DNA of 64,000 nucleotides from Okamejei kenojei. Taxonomy: Eukaryota. Below are positions 42,401 to 54,400 of this stretch, one piece after another. Numbering within the stretch: position 1 is the stretch's first letter; each line of letters opens with the position of its first letter. The position numbers and the translations under genes are program-made. The stretch spans positions 12,152,001 to 12,216,000 of the forward strand of contig CM069147.1 of assembly GCA_035221665.1 (NCBI GenBank). The letters run 5' to 3'. The notes under the pieces were generated by a model. That model made no database searches. It was not told the origin of the DNA and saw only the letters and a list, made by a program, of their open reading frames with translations.

Positions 42401-45400
42401 AATCATTCTTTAAGATACAAAAAAGGATGGCCGTCAACTAAAATGCCTGTCCGTTCACCTTCGAAGTAAACACAAAGATCTGCGTTGCTCTGGTGTGGAA
42501 AACTCCCTTCTTTGAGCACAATTTCTAAAATGCAGCCTTCTACAGCAGATGGACATGAGCAAGACTCTTCAACAAATCAGGCCAGTATCTCACTGAATCA
42601 CAAAGACCAAAACTAGAAGTAAATTCAGGAAATGTAAATCAGATTTAACTCTTGCCCAGAAAGCCAACACCAATGAATATAGATGGGATTAAGGAAGAGA
42701 GATTTAAGTAACGGAAAAAAAATATTTTGACGTTTTTCATAATCTCCAATACTGATTTTCATCTGAGAGAATGAGACACCATAATGGTAATAAATGTTCA
42801 ACGGCAGGACAATTGTTCATCAGTATTTATTATGTACTCTTTAATCTGCCATCCATAATGTTCCTCGCCACTATTGTACAGAATAAATGAGCAAATTCAT
42901 GAGATTTCAGTGTTGCGTATTAGGGAGGACTGTAACACCACATCATGTGGAGGAATGGCATTTGTCAGACAACTTCCAAATTGACAGCTACACATGTGCA
43001 TATTTCAGAAGTTGTTGTCTAAGCAGGAGTTATTGCAGCATTATTATTGCAATGAAATTCATAAAAATAACCTACTCCAGCTAAGAAGATATGTATTTTC
43101 AGCAAATAACTTTTTTTTTAAAGAATGTTAATACAAAATACTGTTGTCCTTTCTAAACTTCTAGTCTAATCAAAGGAAGTAAAAGATGATTTTGGAGTCC
43201 GAGGTAATCAGATAATTGACAACAGAACCAGAAGGAATATGAGGAGAATTTATTTCATACAATTAGTTGTTGTGATCTGGAATGCATTCAGAGTGTAAGC
43301 AATAGTAACTGAAGAAGTTGTCTCGACCTGAATCGTCACCCATTCCTTCTCTCCGGAGATGCTGCCTGTCCCGCTGAGTTACTCCAGCTATTTGTATCTA
43401 AGCAATAGTAACCCTCTAGTACACAACTAAGAGAGCCAATAGATGCCAAATCAATGTCTACACCCTCAGGTTGATGTAAAAGAGTACTAGGTACTATTTT
43501 AAACTAGAATAGGAGAGTTATCCTTGGTGTATCGGCCAAAATTATACATCAATCAACTGCACAAAAATAGATTACCTGATCCTTATGATATTGTTCTCCG
43601 TGAGAGTTTGTGTTGCATATCTTAACTAACCAGAGTAACTACACTTCATTGGCTGTAAAGTGTTTCAGAATATTCTGAAACTCGAAGGTGTTATATAAAT
43701 GTGAGTCATTTTTTTCTCTTTCAGAAAGGAATTGGGTCTGGTCTTGAAAAGGAAATAATCAGAACCTTTTAGATAAAGTATAGTAGAATGGATCCAATCA
43801 GAAAGAGTTGTTGCAGACACAATGGGCAAAATAAACTTCTCCTGTGCTATAGCTTTCTGTGATCCCACGTACAATTCCCTCTGTCAACTGGTTTCTTGTT
43901 AAATCCGTCCCTTTACTTTGATTGTAGCCATTCATCTTGTTTCGAGCAGAGGAATAACTTAACATTGCAAGTGCCAATGCATTCCTGTTTTAAAACCCCA
44001 ACTGCTGTGTTTTGCTGGACTTTTCCACATGCCATATCATGTGCAGAACTGAGGCTAAATTATTCATAATTAAGAAAATTCCTGTGGTAGCATTGTAGAG
44101 AACTGCAGTGTTTACTTACAGATAATATTCTCACCTTGGTAAAAAGAGAAGTCATCTTTTCAGATGTATTGTAATACACAGAAATTGTATGTATCATTCT
44201 AATGGCATTCAGAAGTCCAGGAAGGGCATCTAACATTTCAATCTGGGGAAAGGAGGAAACAGCACATAATATCTGAATTAATTATCAGTTTTTCACTTGT
44301 GATCTTAAATGTTGCTTTCAGAACATCATTATCATAGTTTTTTTGAAAAGAAACACCTACAGGGGCACTGTTGTAAAGAGGGTCGCAAAATCGCTCCAGC
44401 GTGTAAAGATATTTCACGTTATCTTTAGCTTCATTAAATACATTTGTAATCCGTTTATCCAATTCCTTCCATATCTGCAACAAGAAATTAAAATGTTTTC
44501 CAGAACAACTCATCCACATGTTGTGTGAAAAGCAAGAAAATTCACTCCTTGCATGATTTTGGAAAAATCATTAGTTGCCTTTGTTAATTTGTCAGGCAAC
44601 CAGAATGACAATAATAGATTTAACTAATAGTCAAAAAGAATATCCAAATGACTGACATAACATGGTCATGAAATTAAAATAACAAAGTAAGATAGTGGTT
44701 ATGAGAGGCACAGATAGAGTAGTCTGTCAGAACCTTTTTCCCAGGATAGAACATTCAAATACTAGGGGGCGTAGATTTAAGGTGGGTTTGGCAAAATTTA
44801 AAGGAGACATGCTGGGAAAGTTGTTTTTACACAGAGGATGGTGAGTACCTGGAATACCCTGCCAATGGAGGCAGCTGGGGCAGATATGATAATGGCATTT
44901 AAGAGACTTTTGGATTGGCATATGGATATGTAAGACTTCTTCTTTGCATTGTTTGGCACAGACATAGACAATAGACAATAGACAATAGGTGCAGGAGTAG
45001 GCCATTCGGCCCTTCGAGCCATCACCGCCATTCAATGTGATCATGGCTGATCATCCCCAATCAGTACCCCGTTCCTGCCTTCTCCACATAGCCCCTGACT
45101 CCACTATCTTTAAGAACCCTATCTAGCTCTCTCTTGAAAGTATCCAGAGAACTGGCCTCCCACTGAACCGCCCTCTGAGGCAGAGAATTCCACAGACTCA
45201 CAACTCTCTGTGAGAAAAAGTGTTTCCTCGTCTCCGTTCTAAATGGTTTATCCCTTATTCTTAAACTGCGGCCCCTGGTTCTGGACTTCCCCAACATCGG
45301 GAACATGTTTCCTGCCTCCAGGTGTCAAAACCCTTAATGATCTTATATGTTTCAATAAGATCCCCTCTCATCCTTCTAAACTCCAGAGTGTACAAGCTCA

Positions 45401-48400
45401 GCCGTTCCATTCTCTCAGCATATGACAGTCCCGCCATCCCAGGAATTAACTTTGCACTCCCTCAATAGTAAGAATGCCCTTCCTCAAATTAGGGGACCAA
45501 AACTGCACATAATACTCCAGGTGTGGTCTCACTAGGGCCCTATACAACTGCAGGAGGACCTCTTTGCTCATAATGCTGTACTGTTCTATTAGTTAAGATT
45601 TCCAAACCTTCCAATTTTTCGTCCTAACATTGGCACATGAACTGAAATGTAGGAGGAACAGCATAAGCAATCCCCATCTTGTATTGAAGTAAAAATGAAA
45701 ATCAGTGGTATCCTTCTTATAGATCAATTTTATGGTGCCTTTCAATGGTGCCTCCTAGAAATTCTTGGCAACAAACTTCGTACCAACCTCTAAGTGCAAA
45801 CCATTATTTCAAGGTTATAATGAAAATGTAATCATTAATTGAGGAGTGCATGGAGGAAACCCATCAAGGAATTCATATGTTTAATTAATGTTAGATAGTT
45901 GTTAAGGAAAGCTTTTAAAAATAACCATATTTCTTCAGACCTTCAACAGCTTTGATTTAGCAGCTGTGATGAAGCCAAGTACGATTTTAACATCTGCTCG
46001 CTGGATCTCCTGAGTCAAGCAATTGTATCTGGCCAGGCATTGCTTCCAGTGTTCCAACTCTGCCCGTGGTCCAACATCATCTGCCTCCTTCCGCACCTGT
46101 TCACTTTCAGTCAGCACCTGAAAGATTCAAGGATAAAGGAATGTTGGTACTTTCACACTGGTCACAGAGAAGAGCATTTCAATATTCACCACAGATTGCC
46201 TCGCAGCAGACATGGCTGACGAGGTAGACACAAGGAATTGCAGGTGCTGGTTTACAAAAAACGACAAAGTGCTGGGGTAACTCAGCGAATCAGGAAACAT
46301 CTCTGCAGAGCATTGGATGGGTAATGTTTCAGATCTATCCGCGACCCTATAGGTGACCTTTCTTCAGACTGATTGTAGTAGGGAGTGTAGGAATATGGAA
46401 GAGAGGTGGGGTGTGACAAAATCTGGCAAATGAGAGGTGGATACAGGTGAGGAGGGTTTTTGATTGGCGGGTAGTTTATACTTGGGTAGCTTACCACCCA
46501 ATGATTCGAATGAGCATTTCCCTGAACACCTTCGCTCAGTTCGCCTGGGCTCACCTGATCGCCAGGTTGCTAAACACTTTAATTCTCCTTCCCTTTACCA
46601 CAATGACCTTTCTGTCCTAGGTCTCCTCCATTTTCACCCCATAGTCTTCACAATGAATAGATGGTCCTCCATAATTACCTCCACCTTCAACCAGATGCCG
46701 CCAACAGAAATATCTTAACCATTCTTCTTTTGTGAGGATGGCAAAGGGATTGTTGCCTCCATAACTCCATGTTTAACTATTCCATCACCACCAACCCCCA
46801 TTCCCTTTCTGTAACTTTCCATTCTACTGTAGGAGATGCAGCTTTTCCATGTTCTGATGAAAGGTCATTAACTTGAAACCTAAAGTTTTAATTATGCTTC
46901 TGTCCCCAAATATAATCCCTGATCTGCTAAGTATTTCCAGTATTTTCTTTTTTAATTTCAGATATCCAGCATCTGCAGTTTTTTGCTTTTCCACACTGCA
47001 CTTCCCTCTGGCTGTTCATTGCAAATACCAACAAACTAGGCAACAAAAATTGCATTCAAATAATAGGACCCTGAATGGTATTTCTTTACAAGGCACTATA
47101 CATATTAGGCACAAGTCTCTCTCATGCAGGTCAACTGCAGCATTAATGCAGCCTGAGATCGAAAACAAATGGCGTACTCTAGGATTTTGGTAGCCAGAGG
47201 GAATTAAATTCCTCGTTTAGCATCTGCTCCTTTATGTGTTACATAATTGAATTGTATCTAAAACGCAGTTGCTCAAAATAATAGGGCAATTTGTTTGGGT
47301 ATTAGTGTGCTTTGGGGAGACCCTTCTTCAGACTTGAAGTTAGAGAAATCATTATTCATGCCACTGTTTAAATATTCCATCACCACCAGAGGAGAGTGAG
47401 GCTAAACGCAAATTGGAGGATCAGCATCTCATATTTTGCTTGGGCAGCTTACAGCCCAGTGGCATGAATAATGATTTCTCTAACTTCAAGTAACCCCAGC
47501 ATTCCCCCTCTCTCCATCCCTCCCCAAACCAAGTCGCACCAGCTTCTCGTTTTCACCAAACAAACTGTTTCCTTTATCATCGTTACTTTTTCGCATGTCT
47601 TTCATTCATTGTTCTTTATCTCTCTACATCAAGTCCATATCTCTCATTTTCCCTTTCCCCTAACTAATCTGAAGAAGGGTCTCAATCAAAAATGTCACCC
47701 GTTCCTTCTATCCAGATGCTGCCTGTCCGGCTGAGTTACTCCAGCTTTTTGTGTCTATTTTAAATATGATAGGCATATGGATATGTAGGGAATGGAGGGA
47801 TTATATGCAGGCAGATTAAAGTTTGCCTTGCATTATGTTGCATTATGTCCCCAAAGCACACTAATACCCAAACAAATTGCCCTATTATTTTGAGCAACTG
47901 CGTTTTAGATACAATTCAATTATGTAACACATAAAGGAGCAGATGCTAAACGAGGAATTTAATTCCCTCTGGCTACCAAAATCCTAGAGTACGCCATTTG
48001 TTTTCGATCTCAGGCTGCATTAATGCTGCAGTTGACCTGCATGAGAGGGACTTGTGGCTGATATGGATAGTGCCTTGTAAAGAAATACCAATCACGGTCC
48101 TATTATTTGAATGCAATTTATGTTGCCTAGTTTGTTGGTATTTGCAATGAACAGCCAGAGGGAAGTGCAGTGTGGAAAAGCAAAAAATTGCAGACGCTGG
48201 ATATCTGAAATTAAAAAAGAAAATACTGGAAATACTTAGCAGATCAGGGATTATATTTGGGGACAGAAGCATAATTAAAACTTTAGGTTTCAAGTTAATG
48301 ACCTTTCATCAGAACATGGAAAAGCTGCATCTCCTACAGTAGAATGGAAAGTTACAGAAACGGAGTGGGGGTTGGTGGTGATGGAATAGTTAAACATGGA

Positions 48401-51400
48401 GTTATGGAGGCAACAATCCCTTTGCCATCCTCACAAAAGAAGAATGGTTAAGATAGTTCTGATGGCTGCATCTGGTTGAAGGTGATGGTAATTATGGAGG
48501 ACCATCTATTGATTGTGAAGACTATGGGGGAAAGGCTCGGACGAGATAGACCCTTTTCTTGTACAGGGCAGGAGAAATGAGGATGAAAGCAGAGGTGGCA
48601 TGTGTGCTGCACATACTTCCTGCCCAAAGTACAATTCCCCCAAAAGTATCAAAATATTTTAAGAGACAAATTATGGAGTCGTTTGATGATTTAGTACATT
48701 ATTGTGATCTCCAGGTGATTCCAATTTAAATTATCTGAAATACAGCTGATGGCAAATAATTGTAAATTTTCACCCCTGCCTGTGTAAAAGAAGCTTAAAT
48801 CTCCCCTAATGCTTAATTTCTCATCCCTGACCTGTTCAATTTGCTTGATCCAAATTTTCAAACTTTTCTCAGCTTGCTTCAATGTTTCAGGTGATGCCAG
48901 ACCAAAATCTGATGGACATTTCAAATTTCTCAGCTCTTCTGAAACACATTGTTCCAATCGAACCTAAAATATGGAAAAGCAAACCTCTTTCAGTTACCTG
49001 TGAATTTAGCAGTAATTCAGTTAAAAACAATGCCAAATAGAAGTAATGCAGCATATTCAAGTGAGAAATAAATATTTACTATGTAGGCAAGAATGAGTAT
49101 AATCGTAGTAATCAACTAAGTGAGAAGTTCTATGATTAATGGTAACACCGGGATGAATTCATTCAGCATAAATCTGAACCACATTTTGCGAAAGCTCATT
49201 GCCCAGTGTTCCCTTTCAAATGTGTATCCACTTTTCTCTTGATACAGGCAACGATTGTACCATAAACACCTCCTCTAGCAAACCACTCCATGAAAAATCA
49301 AACTTCTGTGTTAAGAAATTAGTGCTGAACTTGCACTCTCCTCCCTTCACAGACCCCTCCCTCTAACCTGACACAGGTTTCTTCCTGACCTTGACTTTAA
49401 ACTTTAGAGATATAGTGTGGAAACAGGCCCTTTGGCCCACCCAGACCACGCTGACCAACGATCACCCCGTATACTTGGATACCCGGACGTGGCGTCGAAG
49501 GACGAGAAGCTCTTCATTTCCTGATATCTACTTACAATTGAAATTGCCCATGCATACTTGTCAGAATAACAAATCGGATTGCGGTATTATTTGCTCCTCT
49601 AATATTGCAGCAGTGAAAAGGAATTAAAGTCAACTCACCTCCTTGGCGAGATTGTCATGTGCTGCAGAGAGGGCACTGACAAACCCATCCAGAGAATTGA
49701 GAAATCCCTGTCTAACCGCCATAAACTCAGGCTTGCTCAGCTGTCCCCATCCTTGGTTCATATTCTTCAGCATAGGTATAAAAGCATCACCTAACAGATG
49801 TTCAACAGATTTCAAGAGCCCAAGGCCTTCAGCATCCAAAACATTAAAAGTTATTTCCTAAAAAAATGAAGAATACAGAAGTAAAAAACATGATTTTTTG
49901 CTATTGCACATAATTCTTTGCCTCTTGTACACAAACATACAAATTAAGAATAGAAATCCCCTGCTTTCCCCTGCAATCCTATTCCACTCTACAATAAGAT
50001 CATGCCTCATTTGATCATTATCTTCAACTTTGCAATTCCACCTACCCCCAATCACCTCTTACCCTGTGAATCAAGAATCTCTCTATCCTTGCCTTAAAAA
50101 TATTTAAAGGCTCAGTGTCTAATATTGTTTGAGGATGATTCACAACACTGAGTAAAAAGAAAAATCACCTAATCTCTGCCTTAAATGGTTGACTGCTTGT
50201 TATTTTTAAAAGGACATACATGAAGGAATCTCTTTAGCCAGAGGGTGGTGAATCTGTGGAATTCATTGCCACCGAGGCCAAGACAGTGGGTATATTTGAA
50301 ATGGAGATTGACAGGTTCTTGATTAGTAAGGGTGTCAAAGGTTATGGGGAGAAGGCAGGAGAATGGAATTGAGAGGGAAAAATGGATCAGCCATGATCAA
50401 AAGGCAGAGTAGCTCGATGGGCCAAAATGGCCTAATTCTGCTCCTGTGTCTTATGTTTTAAACAGTGATACCTGTTGTATAATGTCCCACAACAGGAAAC
50501 ATCATGTCCATGTCCACTTTGTTAAGACCCTTCAAGATCTTAAACTCAAATAAATTACTTGCAGTTAAGTACCGATATGGCATGAAAAGAGAATAACACA
50601 GAGAAAAAAAACACTTAGCAGCTCAGGTAGCATCTGTCATGACAATGAGATCTTCGACTTGAAACATAGTCAGTAATTCCAGCACTTGTTTGCCTTTGTT
50701 TGAGACATTGAGTGAGAAAAGGAGAGAAATGTTTGCCTATTTGCTACCACTGCAAATGTAAGATATAAATACCTTTACAAAGGAGATGAAGATACACTAA
50801 GAGAATGGTTCTGAAGTCAGTATGTGCTCTACAGCTGGAAAAATGGGACAAGTAAAGTGAAATACAAATGAAAAATGGAGAAAAAGTATAACAGATTAAA
50901 TAAAGTGCAAAAATCCAGCAAGATACAATGAATAGAGAGACAAAATTACAATGACATCAGGTGATCAGGTTGTATTCTAAAATTATCAAAATAGATAAAC
51001 CTCAAACAGCTTACAGAGGCATCACAGATAACGGGATCCTTGTGTTTTTCTTGTTATTATTTGGGAATACCAAAGTTAAAATTATTTTTTATCAGTCTTA
51101 ATAATAGGTGGACCCACAGGGAAACTCATTGGTGCTGCTCTGACACCACTGGCATGGTAGAGAAAACAACGTATTAAACAGAGTTTCCACTGCTATCCCA
51201 GTGAAAGAACATAGAAACATAGAAACGTAGAAAATAGGTGCAGGAGGAGGCCATTCGGCCCTTCGAGCCAGCACCACCATTCAATATGATCATGGCTGAT
51301 CGCCCGCTATCAATAACCCGTGCCTGCCTTCTCCCCATATCCCTTGACTCCACTAGCCCCTAGAGCTCTATCCAACTCTCTCTTAAATCCATCCAGTGAT

Positions 51401-54400
51401 TTGGCCTCCACTGCCCTCTGTGGCAGGGAATTCCATAAATTCACAACTCTCTGGGTAAAAAAGTTGTTTCTCAGCTCAGTCTTAAATGACCTCCCCTTTA
51501 TTCTAAGACTGTGGCCCCTGGTTCTGGACTCGCCCAACTTTGGGAACATTTTTCCTGCATCTAGCTTGTCCAGTCCTTTTATAATTTTATATGTTTCTAT
51601 AAGATCACCCTTCATCCTTCTAAACTTCAGTGAATACAAGCCTAGTCTTATCAATCGTTCCTCCTATGACAGTCCCGCCATCCCAGGGATCAATCTCGGG
51701 AACCTATGCTGCACTGCCTCAATCACAAGGATGTCCTTCCTCAAATTAGGAGACCAAAACTGTACACAATACTCCAGATGTGGTCTCACCAGAGCCCTAT
51801 GCAACTGCAGAAGAACCTCTTTACTCCTGTACTGAAATCCTCTTGTTATGAAACAAGAACAACGTGAGCACAAGCAGGGCTGAGGATTTTCTGCTCTATC
51901 AGCATTTTCAAAACATATTTTCATATATTTATTAGATAATTTAAAATAAGTTGTGTTCAAGTGTGGAGAAGGTAATTTTATGATAAATCAATGTGTTTGT
52001 TACAAATTATATTGATGGCAATTTCACTTTCAAAAACCAAATTTGATTCCAAAAGTAATATTACAGACAAATATACAAGTTAAAAGAAGATATTGCCTTT
52101 GATATTTATCTATCTTGTTTTAAATTACTTCGACACATTTTCAGTGCTAATAAACGCAAAATAATAATTCCAGGTGTTGTACACAGTATAGTCTGACCTT
52201 TAATACCGACCTTCATTATCTTTTAACAGAAAATTGGACTCTGAGGAAGAACTACATTAAATGTTCCTGAAATGTATTTTCAGTAATTTTAGTGAAGCCC
52301 ATTTGTGTCCATACATCAGCATCAAATAAAATTCTGAATAATTAGTCATTGTAAGGAGTACAAGAATAAGGAGTAAACCATTTAGAACGGAGACGAGCAA
52401 ACACTTTTTCTCACAGAGAGTGGTGATTCTGTAGAATTCTCTGCCTCAGAGGGTGGTGGAGGCAGGTTCTCTGGATGCTTTCAAGAGAGAGCTAGATAGG
52501 GCTCTTAAAAATAGCGGAGTCGGGGGATATGGGGAGAAGGCAGGAACGGGGTACTGGTTGGGGATGATCAGCCATGATCACATTGAATGGCGGTGCTGTC
52601 TCGAAGGGCCAAATGGCCTACTCCTGCACCTATTGTCTATTGTCTATTGTATCTGTCTAAACTTTACTTTTAGACTTTAAAGATACAACGTGGAAACAGG
52701 CCCTGTGGCCCACCGAGACCACGCTGACCTATGCATACTAGGCACAATATTTTTCACAACTTCCCTAAGCCAATTAACCTACAAATCTAGTTGGATTGTG
52801 GGTGGAAACTGGAGCACCCAGAGAAAACCCACGAGGTCATGGGGAGAACGCCCAGACAGCACCCGTTGTCAGGCTTGAACCTGGGTCTTTGGTGCTCTAA
52901 AGCAGCAATTCTACCGCTGCGCCACCATGTCGCCCTTTAAAGAGAAGATCATTTTAATTTAGTCATAATGCAACTGACTAGGAATGGCAGCCTTTGGTCA
53001 TCTGTAACAGGAAGAAGCTCTAAAAAAGCTGAGCTAAGTAAGTACGGGATGACTGAAATCACCCCTGGTTCAAGGTAGAAGATTGAGGCTTGCGCTTGTC
53101 AGTTGGCTCGGTCCAAGAATATTGCAGCGGGGATTCCCTTAGCCAGTTGCTAGCCCCACCCAGCTTCAGCAATGAATCATCATCACATTAGAAGGGCTAT
53201 TCACTGGCAAATGGGCAAAGTTCAGAAAATACCACAATCCATACACTCAAGCAGCTAGACCTAGGCAACAATGAACTTACAGGTGGATGGTAACATTAGC
53301 ACCACCTCCAACAAGAGGAAATCTAAGCATCGCCCCATGCCATTTAATGATAGGATCATCACCCACATCATTGATATCCCGGGGTCATGAATGATCAAGA
53401 ATTCATCTGAACATACAAAACCCACGTAGTTAGTAAAACAAATTGGGAGTTAAATATATTTGGAACAAGTGCCTTGTCCCTTAACCCTGCCAGACTTTTC
53501 TACTGCTTAGATGACACAAACTAGAGATGCCCACTGGGTTGGGTGGATGTAGCTCTGTCAACACTCAGAAAACATGACCCCAAACAAGCCGAATAAATTA
53601 TCTTTATCAACATTCCCATTATCAACATTTCACTTACTTGCCTAAGCATCCACCATCTCCATAATGGGCACACTGTGCTAATTTCTCAACACTTATTATC
53701 TGAAAGGCTAAAGGCAGCATTTAGATAGGTACAGTATCATCCCACAGATTCATCCAAATCACTGAATATCCCAATATATCATGTTGCTGAATCAAACATG
53801 TGGTAATAACTGCATGCTTGGAAATATTTTAAACAACTTGCCCTGTGTATGTTTTCGTATGTGATGGCTCTGCTGGCATTCCCTCGAAGAAAAACAATAC
53901 AAATTCCAGTCAAACCAGCATGTTTCCCATCGGTAAGAAACAGCTTCTTCATTTTGCAACTTGTAAATCCTGCATAGGGTCCACTTGGTTCAAGAGCAAC
54001 TACATAATGATATAAAATAATATTGTAAACTCAGTATGTCACAAATCTTCATTAAAATTAGTTTGCTATTCATAATGGTGGCTAATCCCTCATGATTATT
54101 TCACCAAAACATAGTTATTTTGTTAAAATTTGCAGATTTAATGCATTTGAAGAATCTTACCAGGAAGTCAATAACTTGAATTAAAGGTCGACATCATACA
54201 GAAGAAAATCTTTAGGCTACTTTTTGATATTCCTGCATTTTTTTAATTACTTTTCCAACAAAACAGAAAAAACTAGAAATACTCGGGAGATTATTTGTCA
54301 ACGGAAATACAGAATTAATACTTCACGGCAAATGTTTTTCATCATAACTGAGAAAAAATGGAAATGAAACAAGTTTTAATATGTAGAGAAAGGGTGAAGG

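Noticed and set aside
46873-48293. Twin 106-aa ORFs on opposite strands as a duplicated small gene
   Set aside because: They start at TTG, run through a PLE tail, and are a by-product of the inverted duplication.
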